A stretch of 64,000 bases of DNA from Prorocentrum cordatum (taxonomy: Eukaryota): contig CAUYUJ010000003.1 in assembly GCA_963575745.1 (NCBI GenBank), positions 868,001 to 932,000 of the forward strand, read 5' to 3'. How positions within the stretch are numbered: the stretch's first letter is position 1; each line of letters begins with the position of its first letter. Below are positions 39,663-50,399 of this stretch, in pieces. The notes beneath the pieces are model-generated. The model saw only the letters and a list, made by a program, of their open reading frames with translations. It was not told where the DNA came from and made no database searches. The position numbers and the translations under genes were made by a program.

Positions 39663-40699
39663 CAACATAGTTGCTCGATGCCTCCCTGGCTTGTTCGTCC
39701 TCATCGCCTGCTCTGCGAGATGATCGCAATCTATGGTATCGAAAGTGGTGCTTGGTGTTGAGGCGCCAGGCGTGCTGCTTGATGTCGCGGCCCTTGGCGC
39801 GCTGCTCGGCGCCGTGGCCCTCAGCGCGCTGCTCGGTGTCGCTGCGGCGCTTAACCGTAGGACTGGAAGAGGCGTTCGAGCCTGGCGCCCGGACTGCCGT
39901 CGCGCCTCGATGAGCGCGCGCTCTCCTCGTCGCATCAGCGCTGGTCGCAGCGCAGCTGCAGCGCGGCGACTGGCGCGAGACTTCGCGGTGCATCGCGCCG
40001 CGTGCGCCCGCGGATTGACGACCGCCCAGTCGCCCTCGCGATCCTTGAGCTCGACGTTGCACCTGCGCAGCTGGTCGAGGATGGGCGCTCGAGCAAGCGC
40101 CGTGCAAACCGCGTTGCTGTGCCCGGCCTCTGGGGCCAACGGCTCGCGGCATGCTCTGTGCTGAGTCAAATGGAGCACCTGCGCGTCGGACATCTGTCGC
40201 ATTGGTGGCCGTCTTTTCTGTTCGCCGTGGCGGCCGTAGAACACAATTCTGGCGCCAGAGTCTTGGGCTCGTGGGCGCCAGTCGGAAAACAAACCTCGCC
40301 ACTGCCCGCGTCGCATGATCCACGCCAGGTTGCAGGTGGAGCTAGAACAAGCCGGGCCGGCTAGCCTCAAGGAGGCGCCCTCGTAGCTGCCGGGTGCGAA
40401 CGACGTCGAAGCCGTGCTCTTGTCGTGAAAGCGAAACGCCCCGTCCTCACTCCTGAACCCAAGCGGGACGCCCCGGTCCTGCTGCCCGCTGATGCCTGGG
40501 AAAGTCGGCCGAGCCAGCCACGCGGGCTGGCCTCTCCTCCTCCTAGCGCAGGGGCTGCGCGACCTCGGTGACATACTTGCCCGCAGGCCCCGCTGGCGCC
40601 GTGGCGCCCGCATCCTGCTGGATCGGGCCGTTGCCGAGGTGCGTCGCGCCAGCGTGACCGAAGCCCCCGGAGCCGCCAGAAGATGGAGAAGGACAGCTA

Positions 40700-41060
40700 A
40701 CGACCAGCTATGTCGGTATTCGTGATGATGCGCTCTGGGACGAGTTGGGCGATCCTCTGGCCCTGCTCGACCGCGAACATCCGCGTGCTGGTGTTGTGCA
40801 TGATCAGATCCAGCTCGCCGCGGTAATCGGGGCCCATCACTCCGCCCGCGACGTCGACGCCCACGAGGGCAAATCCCGAGCGTGGGGCGATCCGTGGGTG
40901 GGCGCCAGGCGGCGCGAGAGCGGCCACGCCTGCGGTCGCCAGTTCGCGACCACAAGTAGCGAGACTGACGTCCGCGCGCGCGAATTGGGTCGTAGCCTGT
41001 TTCGCGAGGTGCGCCCCGCACTGGTGCTCGTGCGTCGGGGTCGAGAAGCTGCATCTTGAG
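40700..41060 (-). pseudogene. dut: dUTPase domain in copia-2 pol
   Basis: IAPRSGFA (motif II), VAGGVMGPDYRGEL (III) and VEQGQRIAQLV (IV) of trimeric dUTPases. Confidence 0.92.
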
Positions 41061-44000
41061 CTGGCAAAACTCTCGACTGGCGCTGGAAACACGGCCCCGG
41101 CTGTCGCTGCTCACTGCTGGTAGCGAGCTGCTTAGGTGGAGGCTCCCCGGTCGGTGGCTTGAGCTGGTCACAATTGGATTTGGCATGCATAAATTGCCAC
41201 TTGCAGCCCGCCCCAAGTCGAACTGCAGCACGCCTGGGCCAGGTGCCACATAGCCTCAAGAATTGGGGACTGCGAGGCGCTCATTGGCTACGCTTGTCTC
41301 CGAAATCCCGTTCTTGGACTGCGTGGATTACGTAGGGCAGGGAGGTCGAAGCCTTCGCCCTCCACGGCAGGAACGCGCACGTTGCGTTGGGCGGCCGCGC
41401 CGTCGCGGGCGACAACCGCGATTGGGCAGTGCACCTCCCAATTGGCAGCCTGTGAGCCGTTGCCCAATCCTTCCACGTAGAGTGGAGACGTCAGCCTCTC
41501 ATCTGCGGGTTGGAGCCTGGCCTTCGGAGCCTCGTCGGCCAGGTTCGCGGCGAAACGCTGCCCCCAGAAATTGGGCCAGGCGCCGGCATCTACATAGGCA
41601 TAATCCGGCCGCCGGGGAGGTCGGTGCTCGCCAAGTAATATGGTGAGTCGGTTGGTGTACTCCGGCACGTGCCGGTCGGCCGCCGCGAAAACGTTGGTCG
41701 ATGCGGCAGCGCGCAAGTCCCTCCAGGCGTCGCGCGGCGCTGCCACGTCGGTAGCGGACATGAAACTGGAAGCGCTGGCAAGCTTGCGTGCGACCCTGCC
41801 GCGATGTCCCGGGTGTCGGCGCGGGCACAGGAGTTTGCGCGGCGTCCTGTTGCGGTGGCGTCTCCTCTGGCGCGCTGTCTGGCATCGGCTGGGCCAGCGC
41901 CGCAGGTGCTGGAACTGGAGAGCCCGGGTCTACCGCGCGGGCCGGCAATGCAATTGCTGGGCCCGCTGCGGCGCGATCTGCTCCGATGGACCGGGAATCG
42001 GCGACGACGCCAGCCGGGCTGCAGCGGCGCGCCGGGCAGCCCCTCAATGGGGGGGGGCGGTTTTCTGCACGGGCTGAAGGCGGCACGTCCAGCGCAGGAC
42101 GCGGGAAGCCTCGACGGAAATCGGGCACTCCCGATCGTCGCCGTTGAAGACCGCGACGAGGGGTGCAGCTGGTGCGGCAGCCGGCACAGGAGGTACATGT
42201 GTACGGGGTTCGGTCCACGTCTGCGCGGCTCGTCGTCGCTGCTCGCCCTCCTGGCCTAAGAGCTCGAGTGCAAGCCAGGCGCCGTGGAGCTCGTCGAATT
42301 GTCGTCGCTGCGCGCGTTCGAGCACGATGCCCACTCCGCGTTCAGATCGCGCGCCGCTGGACATCCAAGTGTCGCGGCCGGCGAACCGCGCGGCCAATTC
42401 CCCGGGTTGTTGGCTCGCATCTACGGGGGCGCGCTGATGGGATATAAAGCCAGCGTGTTAGAAGACTCCTGCACTGTTGGTGGCGCGGCTACCGGCGCCG
42501 ACTGCGGCGGCCTCACGGAGCTCGTTCCGCATGGCCCGAGCACTGAGATTGATGGCGCAGCTCGGCAAGTGCACATCATCGGCAGGTGGGGTAGCTGGCA
42601 CCGCGGCTCGGGCATCGATGCCGCTTGCCCAGCTGCGCCCGGGCTGCGGCCCCAGCGGGAAAGCGCCAGCCGCTCCGGCCCGGCGCTGTGGCGTCGGAGA
42701 TGGTGGCGCTGCTGATGCTGCTGGAGCCGCGGTTGCCTGCGGCTGCTGCGGCTGCTGCGCCCCTCACTTCTGCCGCTCGGACTGGCAACGCAGTGACATA
42801 GTTGCCCCATCCGTCGGTTGAGCAGAGTCCAGTCGCACGCGGCCAACGAGGTCCATCTCCTTGCGCAGTCGCGGAAGTTCAGTTTCATGGGGGTTGGGCG
42901 ATGCCGATGAAGACAAGAGTACGCGCTCCACTTGACCGATGGCCCTGTCCAACTGCCTGCCAGGATCCGCCAGGCGAAGCACTGGGAGCTGATGCCGCTG
43001 CTGGCGCTGACCGCGCCAGTCGCCGAAGCCGGAATTGGCTGGCCGGCGTTCCCGGGGCCGTTCCGGGGGCCGGCGCGCTGCGCGGGGTCGCCGCTGCGGC
43101 GCTTGAGACGCGCGCCCCGCCTGGACCTGGTAGGTTGCCTTGTCGGCCGACTCCCAATCTACTGGTCCGGAAGTTTGCCCTTCCCCTGCAGCCGGCGAAA
43201 ATTGCGCGGGGGTCAGCGTTGACCAGATCTGCCGGGAAGGCGCGGCAACCTCTCCGCGGCCTCTGCCCCCGCGTTCGATGGCCCCCCGCGCGCGGCGCGT
43301 GGGCGCATTGTTGTTCGAGCGCCGCCGTCGAGACTCCGCGCGCTCTCGGGCCCCCAAGGAAGGCGCGCTGCGCTGCCCCGCAGGAGCGCCGCGCAATTCG
43401 GGGGCGAATGCGCAGCCGAGGCGAGATCGCCCGGCGCGCCTTCGATCGCATGGCCAAATCGGCGTAGCAGGCCCATCACGTGGGCCAGTTGTGGCGCGTC
43501 CGTCGGGCAGGCCACGCGGCGGCGCCGCGGGGCCATAGCGCGCTGGATGTTCGACGCGCTCGCCGCGCGCAGTAAGAAGCATATCCCGCCCGCGTAGCCG
43601 ATCATGAGTTGGCTGGCCCGCTGCGCCCCACTGCAGCGGACGCCCAACCTGGCGTGGAAGTTGCCGGCGCGCCCCCGAGGCAATCGGTTAACATTTAGCA
43701 GGGCAAATGCGGCCTGCGCGCGCTCCTCCTTTCCCAGCTGGCCCCGCGGATCGGCCGGCCTGCGCGCGAGGTCGGTCATGGGCGGCGCATGGCCGCCGTC
43801 GACGCGGCCGCCGTGGGCGAGGACCGACGGCGGACACTCGCCCGCGCACTCGCGAGCCATGCCGGTCAAGCGAGACGAAACGTGGGCCGCCTAGCGGAAC
43901 TCGTCGGGGCCGGAGATCGCCACTGAGCAAACCATTTTCTCCTGCGCCCAGCGTTGGAAGGGCGCGCGAGTTTGCTGCTCGGGCCCCCAGGTGCGGAGGC

Positions 44001-45019
44001 ATCGCGCGTTGTTGCGGTGCCGACGCCGCTCGCGCGCATGCAAGCGACGCAGCTGACGGCGGCGATCCGATGGCCTTCCATACGGAGTGGAGCCCCTCCA
44101 GATGTTGAGGAGGCGCGGCAGCCCTTGCACCCGCCAGCGGCAATGTTCTGGCAGCGATACTCGAAGCCGTCGTAGGCGTCAGTCTCTGGCACGCTCGTCC
44201 TCATCAGCGCATTGGGCCTCTCTTCTGTCGGGCGTTTGGCGCGCAGGCCGCATTCGGAGGCACCCCGCCACGTGGTGGCGAGAGAACTCGAAGTGCGTGG
44301 CATGATAATCAAGAGGAGTACGCATCGGGACTCATGCCTGTCCGGAGGCAGGGAGCGCGCGGGAAAGTTCGAGAATCATGCCCGTGAAAACCGACAGCGG
44401 GTTGTCCCAAACTCGCGTGACAGTCCCCCAGAAGTTTGGCAACACAATTGCCCGGCCCTCTTTCGTATTTCTGATATTTCCTGCACGCACTTCCCCCGGC
44501 TCTCGCAACGTAGCTGCGCTTGGCTCGGGACGCTCCGCCACCGCCAACGGTGAACGGCGTGGGCGTCGGATCGAACGCTTGCTTGACATAGCCGGCTGCG
44601 CCCACATGCGACTGAAATGGGGTCGACAGGTCTGGTCCTTGTCTCCCTCTGGCTGTCGCAGCACAGTTACTCTTAGGTCGCAGCCCTGCATCGGCGCCGC
44701 GGATGTGGAAGCCGGGTCGTTCGACGTTGTGACATCAGGGGCCACGCTCACTCGCGAATGCTGTGGCGACATGGAGCCCCCGAGCCTATCGAACATACTT
44801 CGAACAGTCCCGGGAAAGAAGGGGCGGGGGGCGCCGCCCATGTAAATCTCTTAATCGTGGTTGTAAGTGTGCTGCGGATCCTGCGCCGGGAGTGGCGGCT
44901 GGGCCTGGCCGTTCCCGCCAGACCCCCTGGAGGCGCGACGCCTGTTTGGGAAGAGGGAAACGATCAGCCCACCTGTAGAGCGGCATGTCGAGCGGGAGGT
45001 CGTCGGAGACGACATAGAA

Positions 45020-45244
45020 ATAATCTACGCGCCCACCTTAGCTACTAGACTGGGTCCGAGGGACCAAAAGCATTGTTTTTTTTGCTGGTTGGAGTGAACG
45101 TAAGGTTTAAGGTGAGAGAGAGCGGGTTTCCATAGGGAACAACATTGGGGCGGCTGGAGCCGCTCTCCCCCCAAGGAGGGATGCATCCCCTTGACGGGAG
45201 GCCGACCGACCGAGGGGCGATGCATCCCTCTGGCCGATCCCCCC
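45020..45244 (-). repeat. Split direct repeat B2 (3' terminus)
   Basis: Same as 45616-45840 apart from homopolymer lengths. Confidence 0.95.
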
Positions 45245-45403
45245 CCTTGTAACAGAGGGGAAATGCCTCCCTCATGCGCGACCAACCACGGAGGGGAGAT
45301 GCATCCCTCATGCGCGAAGTGTCGCGCTCGAGGCTTCGTCGCTTCGCTTACCCTCTTGGCCCCCCCCCAGCTTGCTGAATGCAAACCCAGGGCGGGAGGG
45401 TGG

Positions 45404-45615
45404 GAAAAATCAAATCGCAAGGTGAGCGCGGCCACCGCGGCCCGTCGCCCCCCCTTCCTCGCAGCCCCTCGGCGCGGGCAGCGAAGGGGGGGGGCGCCCC
45501 CCCCCTCTCTTCGCCCCTGCGCCCCGAGCTGCATGCGCGGGCGACGTTTCCAAGGTGTCCGCGCGCGTACATTATGAAGCACTCACCCATGCCTGCCCGG
45601 GCCTAAAGTGCACCC
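45404..45615 (-). repeat. Split direct repeat A2
   Basis: Same as 53402-53620 apart from a 6-nt indel, homopolymer length and one edge substitution. Confidence 0.95.
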
Positions 45616-45840
45616 ATAATCTACGCGCCCACCTTAGCTACTAGACTGGGTCCGAGGGACCAAAAGCATTGTTTTTTTTTGCTGGTTGGAGTGAACGTAA
45701 GGTTTAAGGTGAGAGAGAGCGGGTTTCCATAGGGAACAACATTGGGGCGGCTGGAGCCGCTCTCCCCCAAGGAGGGATGCATCCCCTTGACGGGAGGCCG
45801 ACCGACCGAGGGGCGATGCATCCCTCTGGCCGATCCCCCC
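45616..45840 (-). repeat. Split direct repeat B1
   Basis: Abuts A2 directly (gtgcaccc|ataatc on the plus strand). Confidence 0.95.
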
Positions 45841-45936
45841 AACGCTGCTCACCCCCACGCCCCGCTCGCTCACCCAACGCTGTTCACTTACCGAGCAACA
45901 CAATGTATAACGGCGCGTCGCAGCCACACGTGGGGG

Positions 45937-48333
45937 CTACCCGCGGGCGAAGCGCCATGCGCTCTCCAAGCTGCCCGTCCAAATACGACTGTCCACGCCG
46001 ATTCGCTTTGCTGGAAATCGATGTCGCCTCACAAACGCGTCACTTCCTAGCTGCCTCGAAATCCCGTCCGACCAATTGGTCCCCGAAGGCGTGAATTCCC
46101 ACCACGTGGTGATCGAACGGCGGCTCGCCAAGAAATTAGTGAAAGCAATCGACCGATCCAGCGCGGCCGGCACCGCGCAGCCCTTGACGTACGAATGCAG
46201 AGAGCTGGTATTGTCTATGAAATACAGCACGCGGCGGTTTGCCAGCCGCTTAGCGTGGCGCTGGTAGATGATGGGCGGCATCGCGCCCTCACACAGCGCG
46301 ATGGGCTGGCCGCCCTGCCTCAAGCGCTCCTCACAGTAGCCCCACATGCCCAGCAGAGCCCCGTCAAAAACGCAGAAGCCAGCTTGCCGATAGCCGTCGG
46401 CGCAATCTAACAACACGTACCCCCCTGTCGGCCACGCGTCATTGTCAGCGCGCGCGTCAGAAGCAATGAGAATCAAAGGCTCGCTTCTCGGCGCGATCTC
46501 GGCCACGCGGCTCGGCATGTCTTGCAGAATTATATAAAAGAAATCGAGGGCGCGCACCAGGCAGTTGCTCAGGGTCCAAGGCGGCTGATCTGTGTACTGC
46601 CGTTGCCTCAGAGCCCCCATGCCTGCTTTGCCCACGCCGTGCCACGCCGCTCTGGCGATGAAGTTGAGGAGGCCTCTCAACTTGCTGGCGTCTCTGGGCG
46701 TGAGCCTGCCCTCGCTGCGCCTCGCCGCAATGAACGTCTTCGCCTTTTCGACGAGAGTGTCGCGCGCCCTGAAAGATATGACATTCGAGTCCAGCGAAGG
46801 GCCGAAGGTGTGCACGACGCCCAGAAAATCGCCGGACGGGCTCATCCTCCTCGTCTTCGAGGGAGCCACAGGCGTGCCCAACTCCGCGCAAAGGCACTGT
46901 GCGGCCTCCTGACCAGCGCCCCCAGCTGATTCAAAATCAGTAATATTCGCGTCGTCCACATACATGGCAAGCAAAAGCGACAACACGCGGCGCTGCACTG
47001 CCTGCAGGAATCCTCCCCATCGCGCGAACTGCATGACTGACGCGGAGAAACCGAAAAGCAACGCCCACGCCACCTGGAACCTCCATTCTCCCGTGACAGG
47101 ATCGCGGACCGCCACGACGTTCAAGCGCAAGTGATCTGGGTGCACTGGGACTGAGCGATAGGCCGACGGCAAATCTTCGCCCCCCGACACGAGCCTCTCG
47201 CGGGCCACGTCGGCACCAGCGTCCGCACACGCTTGCCGGACCACCCTCGCATCGATGACAGGCTGGAATGGCGTACACATTCTTTGCCGCTCACAAAATG
47301 CCGTCGCTTCGTTCTGCCTACCCCGACGCCCGTCGTCGATTCTCCTCCTTTTTCCAGAAGGCTGAATATGGCAAAACGCAGGAATCGGCGCCCACTGCCC
47401 CGCGCCGAACTCCGCATCAATGTCCGACTTGCTTCGCAGCGGTGCCGCCCAGCCTTTCTTGCACTCTTCCTCGCAGCTATCCCAGAGAAATTGGCCCTCC
47501 TCACTCGCGCGCTGGCGATCCAGTTCCGCCAGCAAGACTTTGGACTCTCCAAGCAGCGAGTGCACGGGCATGGGAGCTTCATACTCGGATGGTTCAAAAG
47601 CACCCGTATTCTCCATTACGCCAGTGATGCCAAAGCCGGTGACAAAGCGCAACGCCAGCTTTTGGTCTGGCCACCGCGCGAGCACCACCAGCACGGCAAT
47701 GAGTCCGGCGTGAATATGCCCCGCCACGGCGCGCACAGTCGGACTCTGCCACTTCAAGAGCTCCGCCGTGAGGGGCTTGCACCGGCGACTAAGCTCTTGC
47801 AGCGCGTGCATGCTGCGCAACCGAAACTCCCTCAAGTCGCGCAGCTCTGCGGCGGTGGACTCCGCCGCAAATTTCAAGTCATGCGGAGCAGCAACGTCCT
47901 CATCGAACGGTAACTTCCCCCGCTTCGCGAAATCAACCGCGGCGCGGAAATGCTCTTCCTCATCCCGGCTGTGGCCCAGGAGAGGCGGCAACGCGTGCTT
48001 GGCCGAGAGCGCCCCGGCCTGTCGCCCCGCCGCGGCTTCCAGCATGGCAGACGTGCCCTGGCCTGCCGTGCTGCCAACTGGTCCAGCGATGCTGCGCTCG
48101 TCTAGCCACTTTGCGAAATCCACGAACGGCGACTGATTGACTAGATCTTCCAATGACGGAAAAACAAAACTGCTCAGCCATTCCCTGGGGAACATGCTGA
48201 CGACGCACTGCCGCAATTGGCGCTGCGACCACATCACGGGGAAGTGCCTCGATACCCGCGGCGCCTGCGCAAACGAAGACGCGCCGTCGCTCGGCGCCCC
48301 GCGCTGATGCGCTCGCGCCTGCGGTGCCGACAC
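45937..48333 (-). CDS. Reverse transcriptase-RNase H of the YR element (true start uncertain; frame is open back to the gag stop)
   Basis: 798-aa open ORF: RRIDD, DLPSAYRSVPV, LLFG, MYVDD, FLGV; RNase H ASDA, IALCE, FIDN, NWSDGISR. Confidence 0.95.
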   Translation of the reverse strand: MSAPQARAHQRGAPSDGASSFAQAPRVSRHFPVMWSQRQLRQCVVSMFPREWLSSFVFPSLEDLVNQSPFVDFAKWLDERSIAGPVGSTAGQGTSAMLEAAAGRQAGALSAKHALPPLLGHSRDEEEHFRAAVDFAKRGKLPFDEDVAAPHDLKFAAESTAAELRDLREFRLRSMHALQELSRRCKPLTAELLKWQSPTVRAVAGHIHAGLIAVLVVLARWPDQKLALRFVTGFGITGVMENTGAFEPSEYEAPMPVHSLLGESKVLLAELDRQRASEEGQFLWDSCEEECKKGWAAPLRSKSDIDAEFGAGQWAPIPAFCHIQPSGKRRRIDDGRRGRQNEATAFCERQRMCTPFQPVIDARVVRQACADAGADVARERLVSGGEDLPSAYRSVPVHPDHLRLNVVAVRDPVTGEWRFQVAWALLFGFSASVMQFARWGGFLQAVQRRVLSLLLAMYVDDANITDFESAGGAGQEAAQCLCAELGTPVAPSKTRRMSPSGDFLGVVHTFGPSLDSNVISFRARDTLVEKAKTFIAARRSEGRLTPRDASKLRGLLNFIARAAWHGVGKAGMGALRQRQYTDQPPWTLSNCLVRALDFFYIILQDMPSRVAEIAPRSEPLILIASDARADNDAWPTGGYVLLDCADGYRQAGFCVFDGALLGMWGYCEERLRQGGQPIALCEGAMPPIIYQRHAKRLANRRVLYFIDNTSSLHSYVKGCAVPAALDRSIAFTNFLASRRSITTWWEFTPSGTNWSDGISRQLGSDAFVRRHRFPAKRIGVDSRIWTGSLESAWRFARG

Positions 48334-48432
48334 ATCGGACTCCTGCTCGCCCGATGACTGCGCTGATTGCGCCTGGCCGAGAACGCGCGCTTGCTGCGCG
48401 CGGAAACCTGGCTGGGCGCTGGGTGCGCCCGC
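48265..48432 (-). other. Two candidate GC-AG introns in the gag-pol linker: 48265-48318 (54 nt) and 48373-48432 (60 nt)
   Basis: CAG|GC...CAG|G boundaries, with the same size and 5' sequence as the other introns. Both are frame-neutral, so less certain. Confidence 0.55.
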
Positions 48433-48519
48433 CTGCGCTGGCGCAAAGAAGCCGTGCTCCGCTGGACAGGCAACGTGCCCCCCTGCCTCGGCGCTGTCCT
48501 CCGCCCTGGCGGGGCCCCT

Positions 48520-50070
48520 TCAATACTGCGACAACGCGCCCTGCTCCGGGATCGGCGCCTTGCGGCACACGGCGGCGCAGTGATTCCTCATGCCGCAGAC
48601 GCGGCCGCTCTTGCTCACGATCATGGAGCATGCGTGCTCCAGATTCTTCGGGCAGGGCTCCGGGCACGACCCCCGATTGAAATTCTTGCACAGCTCCTTT
48701 CCGTTCTTGAGGTGGGTCGCCAAACCGGTGCTCGATCCCTTCTGCGCGCCCTTGGGGTTGCGCTGCCCGCGCCCTGCACCCGCGCCTCCCTGCTGCGCCG
48801 CAGGTGGCGGCGGGGCGCCCCGCGGGGCTCCGCGCGCGAAGTCCGCGGCAGGCCGCGCGTCGGGGGCTGGTGCGAAGCCGCGTGCGGGGATCTCCCACAT
48901 GTGCTCCCTCCTTTCGAAGACATCCTTGATGATCTTTCCCAGCGACATGGACGTGCGGCGATGCCTGCACGCCGGTGGAACGTTCGCGACACTAGCCCCT
49001 CGCAGCTCGCGGATCGCGGCGCGCCTGTCAACCCACTGCTGTCGCTCCTCCTCATCCCGCTGTTGCAGCCACTGGAGGGCCTGACTCGGGGGAAGGATGG
49101 TGGCACACTGTGCGAGCCTCCTGTGGTAGGCGAGCACGACATCCAGCGGCACCTGACGCGCGACGGACCGCCGGTTGCCGCGCGCGATGCACCGCGTTCG
49201 CGCCTCGACGTAATCCGTGCTGTCGCGATCCATTGCCTCTGGTTCCGCTGGCTGCGGATCCAACTGGACGACGCCTGCACGCGCCGCGCGCGCTGGAAAC
49301 GCCAGCGTCGCGATGCACAGCGCGCTGTTGCGCCTGCACGCGCGTGCGCCAGCATCAGTGTGTGATGCAAATTGACATACGTTGCCACGTCTCTGCGCGG
49401 TTCCGTGTCGAATTCGTTCGCTTGCTCCCCTGTGACGAGGACTAGCCCCTCCGCAATGCGCTGCCGCTTCCTCGTCATGGTCAGCTGATGCGTCAACGTC
49501 TTCACGCGGAAAACCGAATGCACCTGCGGACGCGCGCGCGAACGACCGCGCGGAGACGCGCGCAGCGCGCACAACGCCAACGCGTGCCTGCAGCAAACGC
49601 CGCGACAGCTCCTTTGAGATTCTGCTCACCAAGTGATCGCACGGCTCAGTCTTGACCCCGAACCCCAGGCGATACCTCGCGTAAAACTTGGCGCGGATGT
49701 CTTTCAGGTCACTGTTGGGCAGGAGCGCATCGAGGTCATCATCCTCGACGCCACGCTTCTTCCGCGTGTCGGAGATCGTTTCGGCCTGCCTCGCCGCGGT
49801 CCAGGCCTGGCGCAGCCGCGACGCTTGAATCCCTGGGAAAGAAAGGCCCTCGATCTTTTCGATTACCTTGGTTTCGACTTCCTGCTCCGACGTGAAGAAG
49901 TGTGTGAAATCAGCCATGCTCTCGAGGCCCGCGACTGACACCAAGTGGGTGGCCACCTTGGGGTCCAACCGGAACGCGTTGCACAAAAGCGTAAACAGCT
50001 GTTCCGCGGCCTCGCGGCCTCCCGACACAGACGGCAGCTGCAACGCCTGCCCGCCGATCGAAAGCGCCAT
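48520..50070 (-). CDS. Gag-like protein, 5 exons, 438 aa after splicing
   Basis: Exons 50070-49588, 49523-49334, 49274-49204, 49152-49025 and 48964-48520. Joins read RRLLQ|VHSVFRVK, LAHARAG|VVQLDP, TDYVE|VPLDV and WVDR|HRRTS. C-terminal Cys/His cluster CKNFNRGSC..C...HAC. Confidence 0.85.
   Translation of the reverse strand: MALSIGGQALQLPSVSGGREAAEQLFTLLCNAFRLDPKVATHLVSVAGLESMADFTHFFTSEQEVETKVIEKIEGLSFPGIQASRLRQAWTAARQAETISDTRKKRGVEDDDLDALLPNSDLKDIRAKFYARYRLGFGVKTEPCDHLVSRISKELSRRLLQARVGVVRAARVSARSFARASAGAFGFPREDVDASADHDEEAAAHCGGASPRHRGASERIRHGTAQRRGNVCQFASHTDAGARACRRNSALCIATLAFPARAARAGVVQLDPQPAEPEAMDRDSTDYVEARTRCIARGNRRSVARQVPLDVVLAYHRRLAQCATILPPSQALQWLQQRDEEERQQWVDRRAAIRELRGASVANVPPACRHRRTSMSLGKIIKDVFERREHMWEIPARGFAPAPDARPAADFARGAPRGAPPPPAAQQGGAGAGRGQRNPKGAQKGSSTGLATHLKNGKELCKNFNRGSCPEPCPKNLEHACSMIVSKSGRVCGMRNHCAAVCRKAPIPEQGALSQY
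48965..49587 (-). other. Four GC-AG introns in gag: 49524-49587 (64 nt), 49275-49333 (59), 49153-49203 (51), 48965-49024 (60)
   Basis: All have AG|GC...CAG|G boundaries; the first two switch the frame into and out of exon 2. Confidence 0.85.
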
Positions 50071-50399
50071 CGCGCACGTGAGGACAAGTCGCAACGCCTC
50101 GCGCCCTCAAGATCGCTGGCACGTCTGCTCGCGCGCTGAAAGCAACGGCTTGCGCATGGCGTGCGCTGGCGTTATTGCGCGCTGCAACATGCGCTCACAA
50201 ACTGCTGATGCAGCAAAATGCGCGGACATGGCCACGCCGCACCGCTTGTGCGCTCATACTGCGCTTGCGCGGCCCCAGCGCAGGCTGCTGATGCAGCACC
50301 CGCGCACGCACGACAACTCTACGATTTCCGCTCGCGTGGGTCGCGCTGGTGCAATATACGCGCGAAAAGCGACCGCGCGGACATGGCCGCGCTGCAATG

